DNA from: Savitreella phatthalungensis
Lineage: Eukaryota
Direction: 5' to 3'
Length of the DNA stretch: 64,000 bases
Assembly (NCBI GenBank): GCA_051599415.1
Contig: AP039689.1
Span: forward strand, 62,001-126,000
This document shows positions 1-10,859 of the stretch, piece after piece. The position numbers were made by a program, and so were the translations under genes. Numbering within the stretch: the first letter of the stretch is position 1; the number at the start of each line of letters is the position of its first letter. The notes below the pieces were generated by a model. That model ran no database searches. It was not told where the DNA came from and saw nothing but the letters and a program-made list of their open reading frames with translations.

Positions 1-491
1 GCTCCAGCTTGGTCGAGTAACGAAGCATCGACAAGCATCTCTGTAGCTTGATTGATTGAGTTCGTTGCATAATCAGTCTGGATCTGACTGAATCTACATA
101 TATATATGCTCAATTGCCCTAGAACCAATGAATCCACGTGGAACCCAACTCCCGCGAAATATATATGGGATCCGAGGACGTCTTTGTGCTTGCACGTGCA
201 TCACTCATCCTGGCGCGGAGAACCATTGGTCTTGAGTTCCAAATGCGTTACCTTCTGAATTCGGAGGCCGAACCAGATCATCGGTCCTGACCCGATTAGC
301 AGTTGTCTGATCTTACAGAGGTTGACGCGCAAGTCCTAATACCTAAGTGAAGAAAAAGTTAGCCGCTCACTCCCCTGCAGCGGACCATTTGAGATCCGGC
401 AGGCGCTGACAGACTCGTCGGGAAGCTCGCGCTTTATACAATGATCTGAACTAAGTAACTCACGTGAGCTCGTGTTTTAAGGCCTGCTGTG

Positions 492-1625
492 ATGCCTCGA
501 GAGGCGTCGCGCGACATCGTTCGCGGGCTCAACGCGCTCGAGATGATCGTCGTCAACATCAGTGCTGTCTCCTGGCTGCAACACAGCGCATTCATCGGGC
601 TCCCGACATATGCAGACACTATCTTTCCAACATTCGCTATGCTCGCCGGGATGTCACGAATCACTCCCCGGCGAAGTGTCGCGATGGTCGGACTCGGTCT
701 GAGTCTCAACGTCGTTCAAGGTTTTGTGAAACAGATTCCAACACGACTACCAGGAGTGCTTCAGCGGCTCGCATTATCAGGTTTGCTGCTTGAAGCTCCA
801 ATGATTCGGCAACTGGCCGATTCGCGGCCGATGCTTTTGGCAGCTGCATTGTCTGCAATTTGGTATATCGTGTCTATCGCTCTGGCCGACGACTCGTCCA
901 ATCCTCTTGCAAATCCGAAGTGCGGCTACGCCAGAATAGAAGGAACAGCTGCTTCCAAGTTGGATCGCATGTTGTTTTCTGAAAGAATCTACACACAATC
1001 TTATGATCCGGAAGGCCTGCTTGGTTGTCTTACTACAGCAGCAACGATGCTCGCCGGCCGATATCTCGTCACTCTCTCGGGACCTGCGATCTATTCAATG
1101 CAGACGATAGCAGCTGCCGTGGGCGCACTGAGCGCTGGCCTTGTCCTGCATCACTCGTCCCCGGCGTATGGAGTCATTTCTAAGGCTTTGTGGACCCCTG
1201 CGTTCGTGCTCGCCACGACGGGCTGGGCAACAATCAAATACGCCAGTCTCTCATGGCTCATCAATGCGACAGAGCTTGTCCCAGGTCGGCTGCAATCTGT
1301 CTTTAGGGCTGCAGGTCAGCGGTCCCTTGAACTTTACATGATCTCATCTCTTGCTAGTCTAGCGCTCCAGTACGATCGGACGCAGCAAGCGGTCCCCGGG
1401 AAAAGGCGATACTCGACTCATTTTGCTCGGGATGACTCGATCTGGGCGCGCTCACTGACTTATTTGACAGAGGTAATCATGCGCGTGGGCGATGCGCTGG
1501 GTACTAGCTCTGCACAACTCCATGCTCGCAGTCTGGCCGACTTGGCTCTGTCGGTGTCGCTGGCTGGTTCCATGGCCTTCATTGCGGTCTGGCTGGTCCG
1601 CACGAATCGACGACTGAGTTTATGA
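492..1625 (+). CDS. HGSNAT-like (heparan-alpha-glucosaminide N-acetyltransferase family) polytopic membrane acetyltransferase
   Basis: Family motifs in order: SRDIVRGL..MIVVN, LQHSAFIG..ADTIFPTF..GMS (with the catalytic-type His), YDPEGLLG, ISKALWTPAFVL. Many hydrophobic segments. First ATG at 492. Confidence 0.8.
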   Translation: MPREASRDIVRGLNALEMIVVNISAVSWLQHSAFIGLPTYADTIFPTFAMLAGMSRITPRRSVAMVGLGLSLNVVQGFVKQIPTRLPGVLQRLALSGLLLEAPMIRQLADSRPMLLAAALSAIWYIVSIALADDSSNPLANPKCGYARIEGTAASKLDRMLFSERIYTQSYDPEGLLGCLTTAATMLAGRYLVTLSGPAIYSMQTIAAAVGALSAGLVLHHSSPAYGVISKALWTPAFVLATTGWATIKYASLSWLINATELVPGRLQSVFRAAGQRSLELYMISSLASLALQYDRTQQAVPGKRRYSTHFARDDSIWARSLTYLTEVIMRVGDALGTSSAQLHARSLADLALSVSLAGSMAFIAVWLVRTNRRLSL

Positions 1626-1654
1626 TGTGGCACTACCGCACCGGACGCTTCTTA

Positions 1655-2557
1655 TCACCCAAAGATGTCATCGATCTCGTCCTTGCTATGGAGCTGCTTC
1701 GATCTTTTCATCCGCTGCAGCCCCATGCCCCGTGCAGCTGCCTCTGTCCTTTTGGCGGTGAAAAGTTTCGAGTTCGCAAGCGTAGTCGATCTCGAGCGCA
1801 CAGACTTCACGCTGCTCGAGGGCGAGTTAGGTGCACGTTCGCGGAAATCACCGTCTTCCTTCGGCTGGGCAATGATGGTCTTCGTATCTCGAATAACCGT
1901 CAACTCGCTTTCCTTGTCGCCGGTCGATGCATCTGCGCTATCGAAGCCGTTCAGGATCCCCTGGATCCTGGCAAGGCACCCGAAACCGATGAGCGCGATC
2001 TGAACGTACTGTCCTTGTGCAAGCAAACTGGTCACGGACGGCATGTGGACCTTCTCCAGTAGCATCGAGAGCTTATAGGTCTGATATACAAGGGCATTGA
2101 TGAGCTCGGTGCAACGGACTCGCTGCACACGGCTAGAACTCTTGCCTTCCGATATTGACATTGTGTCCATACCGTGTTCGAACGAGGCATGACGCAGCGC
2201 CCGCGCGGCGCGCCATCTGATCTTGTCATTCAGGACTGAGTCACTGTCGGCGAGTAAGACACTTCGGTGTGCAGAGACTTGCCACTCGGCAGAATGAGTC
2301 TCAAGGTCTGAGACGATGCCGACAATGTAGCCATTCAGCAGCAGTAGGTCGACAGTCCCGCTCAACTGTCGCAGCAGATGCCGCGCTTGTCGCAGATGTC
2401 GGAACCATCTTGCTGAGCCGTGCTGATTCCTTGAGCGGTGATGCAGGATGTCAAGAAGATCGAGCTCGGTTTTCAGCAGCCTCGAAGGCGTCGGTAACGA
2501 GCTGGAAGGGTCAGCTTGCAGGAGCAAATGCGCTACTGCTTGCGGGCACTTCATCAT
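1655..2557 (-). CDS. RMP1: RNase MRP subunit Rmp1/NEPRO-like protein
   Basis: LHHRSRNQH..RWF motif near the N-terminus, central hydrophobic helix (YVQIALIGFGCLARI), C-terminal basic tract ending KDEIDDIFG. Confidence 0.7.
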   Translation of the reverse strand: MMKCPQAVAHLLLQADPSSSLPTPSRLLKTELDLLDILHHRSRNQHGSARWFRHLRQARHLLRQLSGTVDLLLLNGYIVGIVSDLETHSAEWQVSAHRSVLLADSDSVLNDKIRWRAARALRHASFEHGMDTMSISEGKSSSRVQRVRCTELINALVYQTYKLSMLLEKVHMPSVTSLLAQGQYVQIALIGFGCLARIQGILNGFDSADASTGDKESELTVIRDTKTIIAQPKEDGDFRERAPNSPSSSVKSVRSRSTTLANSKLFTAKRTEAAARGMGLQRMKRSKQLHSKDEIDDIFG

Positions 2558-2811
2558 GGTGAAATGTATCGCTGATTACCGTCATTGTCGCAGCCCATCA
2601 GTCGTAGGGTCAAAAGGCTCCAATGAGCCTGCCCCTGCAGACATTGTCATGATGCGCTTCCCGAGCAAATATCAACCAGCAGAAATTCAGCGTCACCATT
2701 TTTTATATATCAATACTGTGAGACACATCGTACAAATGATCAATTATTGGTAGATTTCAAATGTGCCTAGACGACCTAGCTACATTACCGGCAATGTGCG
2801 GGCAGCTCTTC

Positions 2812-3666
2812 TCACGATGACTTGTCTGAACGGGCTGCGGCGGAACGCGAACGGCCAACACGCCCAGCCTCTGACCAAGGGAAAGGCATAGTTGGTACTG
2901 CGAAGAACGAATTGTGTGTCTCGACAATACCAGCGAGAGCGTTGTACCAGGCGATGGCAGCGGCCATGATGCCGAAGTAACCACCGGCCTTGAGAAGCTC
3001 GGTAGAATGAGTGTCTCCCATACGGAAGTAGCCAATCGCGAGCATCAAAAAGGCCAAGAAAAGAGTGAAGAAGAGCGAGAAGAACATAACAGTCGACTTG
3101 AGAGTGCAAAGCAGGAGCAAGAAAGTGAAAATTCCCCAGCAGAGAAGGTAGAAGCCGAGAGCGTCACCGAAGGTTGTCGTGTTTTCATATGCTGACTCAA
3201 TATTGAAGAAGGGGATGAATATGCAGGCAAAGGACATCCAGAAGCCTCCATATGACGATAGTGCAGTAGCACCAAAGGTGTTACCGACTGCGAACTCCCA
3301 CATGCCGGCAAGAAGCTGGCAGAGACCGCCATAGAATAACGCGATTCCAATGACGATGTTTGGTGTCGTGACGTGGCGTGCGTGGACGTTAATTAGGGAG
3401 AGAACCATTGTCGTCAATGCAAAAGCAGAAAGGCCCAGGGGAGAAGGATTACCGAAGTCTCGGAAACGCTTGTGCGGCTCTACGGCTAGCGTACCAGCAT
3501 TTGGACCAAGAATCGTCGAAATCGTCTGCAGTCTCTCGAGGTCGAGACCAGCGGTATTAATGCTTCCGGTATTGTTCGAGTTGTACTGCGTTGCATTGGT
3601 CGTATATGTGCCTGCGGGGGCAGTCGTGTTCCCAGCGATCGGAGCAGCGGCGTGCGTCGAAGCCAT
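2812..3666 (-). CDS. GPR1/FUN34/YaaH (Ady2/Ato) acetate transporter
   Basis: FGNPSPLGLSAFALTT, YGGLCQLLAGMWEF, GNTFGATALSSYGGFW signature motifs; six predicted TM segments. Confidence 0.95.
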   Translation of the reverse strand: MASTHAAAPIAGNTTAPAGTYTTNATQYNSNNTGSINTAGLDLERLQTISTILGPNAGTLAVEPHKRFRDFGNPSPLGLSAFALTTMVLSLINVHARHVTTPNIVIGIALFYGGLCQLLAGMWEFAVGNTFGATALSSYGGFWMSFACIFIPFFNIESAYENTTTFGDALGFYLLCWGIFTFLLLLCTLKSTVMFFSLFFTLFLAFLMLAIGYFRMGDTHSTELLKAGGYFGIMAAAIAWYNALAGIVETHNSFFAVPTMPFPWSEAGRVGRSRSAAARSDKSS

Positions 3667-5373
3667 GGCGATTTGACAGAATTAGTTGTTGTCAAAATCT
3701 GGGGTTTTGGTCGTTCTTATATCTGAAGTTGTGCGGGGAGGGGACGATCTGCAGCCCTAAGTAGGGCTGTGCGGACAACTGATTCGTTTGTCCGCTAGAA
3801 AACAGAAAAGCCGGAGCGACGAAGAGCACACGCGAGTACAGAGCAGGGGCCAGACAGAAGCCGTCTGGCCAGAAAGTTGACCTAGCCCAGATTTGAATTC
3901 CGAACTCGAGTAAGAGTATGTCGACCGACCAAGCACATAGGTTCGTCATCACGAGGCGTACGTCAATCGTTCTGTTTGCTTGAGTACCTTTCCGAGATCG
4001 GTGTTGCTCTAACAGCACTCGTGGAATAAGGGGTGCTGGCTCCGATATGATCGTCATTTGGTCCATACTGGTTTTGGCTATGTAAGTCCTTGTCAAGGAA
4101 TTCAATAAGCACAAAGGGAATCTGTTTCATTTGAGACCGGGCGGACCTAAAAAGTGGCTCTGAATCTAGATGCTCTCCCCGCCTATTTACACTTAGGAAT
4201 GTGTCGATGAATGCCTGCTGTAGGCCTTCATCACAAAAATGGGATGACCTCATGTCCAATTTATATCTAACGGCTATGAAACTCAAACCTTGCTGAGATA
4301 TTGTCAACGTCCAAAATCCTGATTGACAATAGCTATGCTGTCTGAGTAATGGCTGAAGACCTCATGACCTGTCGATTTCATGAGTCAGCTTGAACCTGTT
4401 CGGAACGGAAGCTCAACCCGGGGAAGTCTTGCGACGAAATGGAGTTCCGGAGTTACGGTTTACTCGCGTGGTCGTGCACACTGAATTCCATCCTACGGCC
4501 GCTTGCCGTCTGTGCCGTGACACTCTCGGAAGCGCAATGCCAAGGACGTCATTGTCACCTTCTCTTGTGGTATGCAGCGGATTTGCTGCGCCGCAACGAT
4601 TACGCTTGAAAGCGGCATCTTGCACTAGTCTCGTAGTCTCGTGACGATGTCCATTCAAGAATGGTCACGGGTCTGACTGCCCGGGGTGTATTCTGCCGAG
4701 AGAACATTGTGTCTTTCTGGGCGAATGCTGCGGGAAGCATTCGGAATGTCCCTTCGGAATTCGTCAGCCCTCCGGACAACATAGACGAGCCAGCAGCTAT
4801 AACGAAACCCAGTCAACCGGCTTATATGAGCTTCCAAGTGCTTCTGAGGGATCTGCAGTGCCTCAGCAGATACTCGAACAAAAGGTCCAAGCTGGAAGTG
4901 GTCAATGTGATTGGGCCCTAGCTACAAAATGCGAACATCGAATATCATTCGACACGTCGACAAAATTTATGCCCTAGCCATAGCCTGAAGAGCCTGAATT
5001 TGGGCTCGAAGATGCAGATCTGTTTTTGCTGCAGAACTTTGACTGGGTATACAGTCAATTCAGCAGAGAGTCAATTCAGCAGAATCGGAGTCGAAAGCCA
5101 TCTCAACTCCTCTAGGACGGTCGCGGACTGGACACGACCTGCTCGTGAAATCCCTCGCTCCCCAAGGACAGCAAGATCTTGACCCCGAAGCTATTTCGAT
5201 CAATCCGCGACTTCGCCCAAACTGATATCTGCGGCATCACACGTCTGTGCGCTAGTCTTCTTCTTCGAATGACTTTGTGAATTGCTTGTAGCCTCTTCGT
5301 CCGATTCACTATGCCTTTCTGCATGTCATGTTTTCGTTCAATGTCATGGCGAGAACTGTGAAGCCGAACGAAA

Positions 5374-6849
5374 TCACTCGGACCTGCTCAGGTAGCGTGC
5401 CGGAGGCGAGTGCATCATGTGCTTCTTACTGTCCCCCTTCTGCATATGCTGCTTGAGAGCCGATGCATCCAGCGGCTTAAGCAGCTCGAACGAGCAGAGC
5501 AGTTCTTCGGAAACGCACATGACGGCTCCGAAGTTGTCGAATTCGCCGCAATAGTTCGGCGCGCTGAAAACCGTAACTAGCGTGCGATCATTGAAGAACT
5601 CGTACCCGTCCTCGACGACCATATGCGCTCGACAAACGAGGTCAAAGTCGTGTTTGGCAAGGAATTGCAAAATGACGTTCTTGCCAAAGCAGTACGACAC
5701 GCCCCTCTCATTGTCCTCCCAATCGTTCATCGTGTCTGCGGGGTCAGACCACAGTAGATCGTTCAGCAGACCGTAATCTGGGACGTCTGTTGGACGTTTG
5801 ATCGCGCGAATCTCGTCCATATTGCTCAGCGAGGGACTCAAGCCGCCGTGTACGCAGAATATCTTGTTTGCGACGATCGCGGCGATTGGCAGAGTGTTGA
5901 AAGTGTCTATGAAGGTCTTCCAGATTTTGATGTTTGTACGTCGCTTGCATTCATCATAAAAGCCGTAGACCCGAGTAACATTCGCGCACTCGTGATTGCC
6001 CCGCAGGAGGAAGAAGTTTTGAGGGTACTTGATCTTGTATAGCATGAGTAGCAGAATAGTTTCGAGCGACTGCTTGCCGCGATCCACGTAGTCGCCTAAG
6101 AAGAGGTAATTTGCTGATGGAGGAAAGCCACACATCTCGAACAGACGAATCAGGTCTGTGAATTGGCCATGGATGTCTCCGACGATCTTTACAGGTGCAC
6201 GTAATTCAAGAAGCGTTGGCTGGGACAGGAAAGTCTCGCGAACTGCCGAACAGACGGCTACAATCTCAGCATTTTTTAGCACGACGCTTTTCGTGTGCTT
6301 GCCGGAATAGCCAGCGTCAAGCAACCTCTGGATCATATCGTCCACATCTGCGCCCTTGATCTCCCCAATTATGCCGGCGGCAGGATCAGGCTGATCCGTT
6401 CCCGGAACGCTATCTGCTATGCCAGTAGAGCTTTTACGTGGTGACAGGATCGAAGGCATGGGTTGCATTCTCGAAGGCATCGGTGCGGACTTTGGTCCAA
6501 CGTCGGACGTATTGGCGACTTCTCCAGTACTGCGTCCATGCTTGTCGGCCTTATGGCCGCCTGAGAATTTTCCATGGGTAGGTGACGGCGGCCGTTGTGG
6601 CGCTTCATCTGCGATAGGACTCGTTGGTTCGTCGTCGATATCATCGTCGTCGCCGAGTTGCGAACCTGCACTTGCACTTGATCTTCGTGATCTGGTACTT
6701 CCTGGCAAGCTCTGGGTGTCATCTCGCTCGACACTCTGCGTCTTCTTCAAGACACTGTTTTTGATGCTTCTGAATGAACGACTCGAGCCCTGCGTGTCGC
6801 TTCTGCTGAACGGCACAGTGGACTCACTTTTCGACGATCCGTTGCCCAT
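5374..6849 (-). CDS. PPZ1: Fungal protein phosphatase Z (PP1-like catalytic domain)
   Basis: MGNGSSK myristoylation start, Ser-rich N-terminal extension, GDIHG / GDYVDRG / RGNHE / HGG / SAPNYC motifs, and CSFELLKP. Confidence 0.95.
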   Translation of the reverse strand: MGNGSSKSESTVPFSRSDTQGSSRSFRSIKNSVLKKTQSVERDDTQSLPGSTRSRRSSASAGSQLGDDDDIDDEPTSPIADEAPQRPPSPTHGKFSGGHKADKHGRSTGEVANTSDVGPKSAPMPSRMQPMPSILSPRKSSTGIADSVPGTDQPDPAAGIIGEIKGADVDDMIQRLLDAGYSGKHTKSVVLKNAEIVAVCSAVRETFLSQPTLLELRAPVKIVGDIHGQFTDLIRLFEMCGFPPSANYLFLGDYVDRGKQSLETILLLMLYKIKYPQNFFLLRGNHECANVTRVYGFYDECKRRTNIKIWKTFIDTFNTLPIAAIVANKIFCVHGGLSPSLSNMDEIRAIKRPTDVPDYGLLNDLLWSDPADTMNDWEDNERGVSYCFGKNVILQFLAKHDFDLVCRAHMVVEDGYEFFNDRTLVTVFSAPNYCGEFDNFGAVMCVSEELLCSFELLKPLDASALKQHMQKGDSKKHMMHSPPARYLSRSE

Positions 6850-8194
6850 GTTTGACGGTCTGATGTAAGACCAAAGTCGTCGATTGAATGGCGCAACTCA
6901 TCCAATGCGGCACGCTGTAGCTGCTGCACTGTTGCACACCCTCGCAGTGTCGCTATGGTCTGGATCAACTAGTTCGGCTGGCTCACTGGTCGGGAGACTC
7001 AGACGCAGGCGTTTGAGTGACACGCAGGCGACCTCGGCAATCGTGCTGCCTTCAGTCCCTGAGAGCCTGATAAAGTTTCCTAGGCCACGAAGCTTCGTCG
7101 CTGATTGACTCTGCTACGAGCGCGTCTGAACGCTGTAAGTTGTGCTAGTGTGGTAAGTGAGATTGCGCGCTTGGGCCTATCGTCACTCGCTTGGAGTGCT
7201 GCCAGGTAATCACAATATATCTGAGGCTAGTGAGCTCCGTGCATGTCAACGAATTGTTAAACTGCTCCGGCGATAAGCTATGGTAAGTCATTACGAATCC
7301 TCTTTGTCGAATATGAATCACAGATTCGAGATTGATGGCGAATAGCTAGATTCAAAGTTCGGTCTGCATGAACTCCTGTAAATACCATATATAGGCGATC
7401 ATCTTTGTTGTCTGGCAGCTCGAAAGTATCGGAAATCCATATTTGATAGCGTGTATCAAGCAGTGACAAAAATCGAGTGCATGCAGCACAGATGTCAGCA
7501 GGAAAGTACTAGTGCAGGCGTTTTTCGTAGCTCTTGACCTGGGGCATCGCCGAACGACCCGTCGTTCGTCGTCGATGGCATTCTACAAAGTATTCGGAAG
7601 AATTCCATGCTCTGACCTTCCGTTGTCGCCAGCAATACTGAGCTCAGCCTGCGAAAGGAAAGCCTTCGATGATGGAAGCCTAACTCAGGCTCGAGTTTGA
7701 CGCAATGCGCTGTCGTATGCTCGACGGACGCGTGAAGATGAGTTGAACCTGGCCATGCACACGCTATGCGATGCGCATCGGACAATTCAAGAGCAGCCGG
7801 TAGCTTAGTTTACTGAAAGTTGAAATGCGATTGCTGAGCGGTGTAAATTTGTGCATAATAACTTTCGGGCAGCTCTATATTTCAACACATGGAAATAATA
7901 TGCTCTCCGTACTCGGATTTCCGAAGTGTCCTGAGGAAACGCGGCATGGCCGCATGGTCGACGTCAGCGGCGCACGATGAGCAAGACCAGTTTTGCCAAT
8001 ACCCGGTCTTGTCTAGAGTAAGAATTCCGTACCTTATCGTCCGAGAAGCGAGACGCGATTCACTGCGGATGGCATACCCATACAGATAGATTTGATCTGT
8101 ACGCACGCGCGACAAGCTTCTCATCACTTTCAGAATTCGAGGTGCCTTCTTCTTGGTCCTTCTTGCAACCCAGAAAGGCGCCAGAGATCTTTCC

Positions 8195-10300
8195 ATGGGT
8201 CGCAGGGTGCCATTACATCGGCAAAACACTAGCAAAATCTCTCGGAGCAATGCTCCACTATTTACTAAGTCCAAAGAAGATCGCATAGATCCTCTCAGAG
8301 GTCTGTTCGGACTCTCGACAGCAAACGGATTCGCTCTTGCAGCGTTCACATGGCTGCTTCTATATGATTGGGCGTTTTGGTGGTTTATTTCTGGCACGCC
8401 AGTCCTGACATACACGCTTCTCCTCGGCGCAAGTCGTGGTGTACGCGTCCTACCAGCTTTGCCGCTATGGTCAATTCTCTTAATGATCTACGCAATCTAC
8501 TCGGTTTGTGTCACCTCTTGGCTACTGTTCCGAGTCTACTCCGTTTTACTCTACATCCTCCTTTTCATTGCTGCCCTATTCCAGTTCGGAAACTTTGCAA
8601 GCGCAATCCGCAGGATCTTGCGACGTGTTCTTCGCGAGCTTCAATTTGTCAACGATCAAATCGCGCTCTTCGACATACCCGCACTGGAGATTGACACTGA
8701 GGTCGATGGTCTCATGGTCGTACGAGGGCTTACTTTGTCATTGACACGATTAACTATTATTGTTCACGAGGTCGAAGTCGCTGTCAAGCTTTCAGATGAT
8801 CTTGAACTCGCTCTTTCAGTGGAAAAGGTCACTGTGAAGCTCTTCCGCAGCGTATCTGTTGGCGCTGTCTTTGGGAACTTGAAGGGTGGTGAACATGAAA
8901 TGACTTTCGGAAGACTTCATGAGTCGACTAAGGACGAGGAAGGAAACGCTCTTATGCATACAGATAGCTCCATCCTGCAGACAGCTCGCGCAGGAGTTGA
9001 GCGCTTCGATTCGCGTTCAAGCATGGTGACCATGACGGCACACATGACCAATGGTCATTCCTTCACCGACTCATCACTCCGGACCGCGGCACATTCCGTA
9101 CACACGCTCTCGCCGGATGATTCACATGCGCGCGAACAGTATCTTTCAACAATTCGCTGGATTGAGGAAAGCAGCGCCATCATGAAAGCGCGCAAACTTG
9201 TCGAACGTCTGGATCGCAGCGACCACGGTCACCACAAGCTAGAGCATGGCGAAGACGGAACCGAGTCGGTCGAACTGAAGGCGGCAATCTGCACGGCTCT
9301 TCACGCAAAAGCCTCCATTGCTCACCCTCCAAGTCGGTCAATTCGGGTCACTACACTTCAGACGCTTTTGCCAAGGAAGGTTCGTGAGATTCTACACCGT
9401 TGTCCGATGCTTCTCCGGCTCCTCGTCAATCCGCTTGCCTATTTTCACCCTGTCCATATAGAGAGTATCACAGTGGCAGCGAGCGGAAAATGGGTACAGT
9501 CAGTGCTTGATTCCGAGCTTTTCAAGGACTATACCTCGAACGACCTCACACTTCGACGTCTCTACCGCAATATCAGCCAATGGATTGATGATGCAAATTT
9601 TGTCGTTCATCTCGGACAGTTCGAGGGCGTCGCACAAGTGCCCTTCATCACTACATATGACATCATTTGCCAGCTCTTGATAAACGACTTGATCGTCTTT
9701 CGCACCCTTCCCAAACAGCTGGATCTGAACCAAGTCGTGCGCTTAGGTGGCGCCGATGCACAGTTCTTCATTCCGTACCATCTCATGCCGCATCATGAGC
9801 ATATCATTCCAGACCCTCCTTCCGTTGAAGCTCAAATCTCGTTGCAACGCGAGATCGACGAGGCTGACGATGGGAAGCCGAAGAGGATTCAACGAGAGCG
9901 CGAGCTCCGCCAAATCGAAAAGGATGAAAGCAATGTCAGCATGTCAGTGCATGCGAAGCTTCCAGTCGTTCTTGATCAAGAGCTTCTCAACTTCATCATG
10001 GCCCTGGTTAAAGCAACTCAGGTCATCGAGGTCGTCAAGGCGCCAGGTATCGCAGACAAGGAGGTCCATGGACTACGGGACATCGCCGATGGACTGGGTC
10101 AATCGATGACAAATGGTATGAAGAAGATGGCGATCGAGGGACTCATGAACGATCAATGGATTGCCAAAATGGTTGGAAAGATTACACGTAAACTCGAGAA
10201 GTCTCATGGAGACATTGGTTATACAGGCGATATTCCTGTCCAGCTAAAGGACTACCGACCGACAAAGCCAGAGAGAGAGCCATCAAAGCTGCTGCCTTGA
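8195..10300 (+). CDS. Uncharacterised membrane-anchored protein (~700 aa)
   Basis: Long uninterrupted ORF; 3-4 N-terminal hydrophobic helices followed by beta-rich segments. First ATG at 8195. Confidence 0.8.
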   Translation: MGRRVPLHRQNTSKISRSNAPLFTKSKEDRIDPLRGLFGLSTANGFALAAFTWLLLYDWAFWWFISGTPVLTYTLLLGASRGVRVLPALPLWSILLMIYAIYSVCVTSWLLFRVYSVLLYILLFIAALFQFGNFASAIRRILRRVLRELQFVNDQIALFDIPALEIDTEVDGLMVVRGLTLSLTRLTIIVHEVEVAVKLSDDLELALSVEKVTVKLFRSVSVGAVFGNLKGGEHEMTFGRLHESTKDEEGNALMHTDSSILQTARAGVERFDSRSSMVTMTAHMTNGHSFTDSSLRTAAHSVHTLSPDDSHAREQYLSTIRWIEESSAIMKARKLVERLDRSDHGHHKLEHGEDGTESVELKAAICTALHAKASIAHPPSRSIRVTTLQTLLPRKVREILHRCPMLLRLLVNPLAYFHPVHIESITVAASGKWVQSVLDSELFKDYTSNDLTLRRLYRNISQWIDDANFVVHLGQFEGVAQVPFITTYDIICQLLINDLIVFRTLPKQLDLNQVVRLGGADAQFFIPYHLMPHHEHIIPDPPSVEAQISLQREIDEADDGKPKRIQRERELRQIEKDESNVSMSVHAKLPVVLDQELLNFIMALVKATQVIEVVKAPGIADKEVHGLRDIADGLGQSMTNGMKKMAIEGLMNDQWIAKMVGKITRKLEKSHGDIGYTGDIPVQLKDYRPTKPEREPSKLLP

Positions 10301-10859
10301 TCGGGTTTCCTAGTAACCAAAATACGAGGAGCGGGCTCTTGAGCCGGTCGGACACTCGCGAATAGCATCAGCATTTGAACATAGGCGTGATATCTGGACT
10401 CGTTTGCGCCATCTACTTGGCGATCGGAGCTCAGGCGACAGGCTCGACCTCAACCCGCTCACTGATATTTGCGTGAAGTATCCTGCTGAAGGTGAGCTAA
10501 TTAGCTTCATATGCGTCGCCTCGGTACGCTTCACGACGAGCATACGTACTTTCAATCACCTGGCTTCATCAAATGCATCGAAGAATGTTGTGAAGATATA
10601 TCAACATTCGTTCAAGCACATCCACGTGGTTATAGCAGTCCCTTTTGCCCCACATTGTCGAACGGCTTTGAAATTCGCGCGGACAATTTTGTTCGAAATC
10701 TTCCATGCAAAATCGCTCAAACGAACGAAGATCTGGGCACTTTGTACATGGGTCTGTGCGCATCGTTGATTAATGACAGAATGACAGAACATCATTAGTT
10801 CATGGAACTGTTCTAGATATTTTCGCGCTTCGTGCCAAAGACGAAGCCTAGCCTGGCAA

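Noticed and set aside
2923..2936. GACAATACCAGCGA resembling the 3' part of a TPP riboswitch
   Set aside because: It is antisense inside the Ady2-family CDS, and the CTGAGA and CTTGAT elements are absent.
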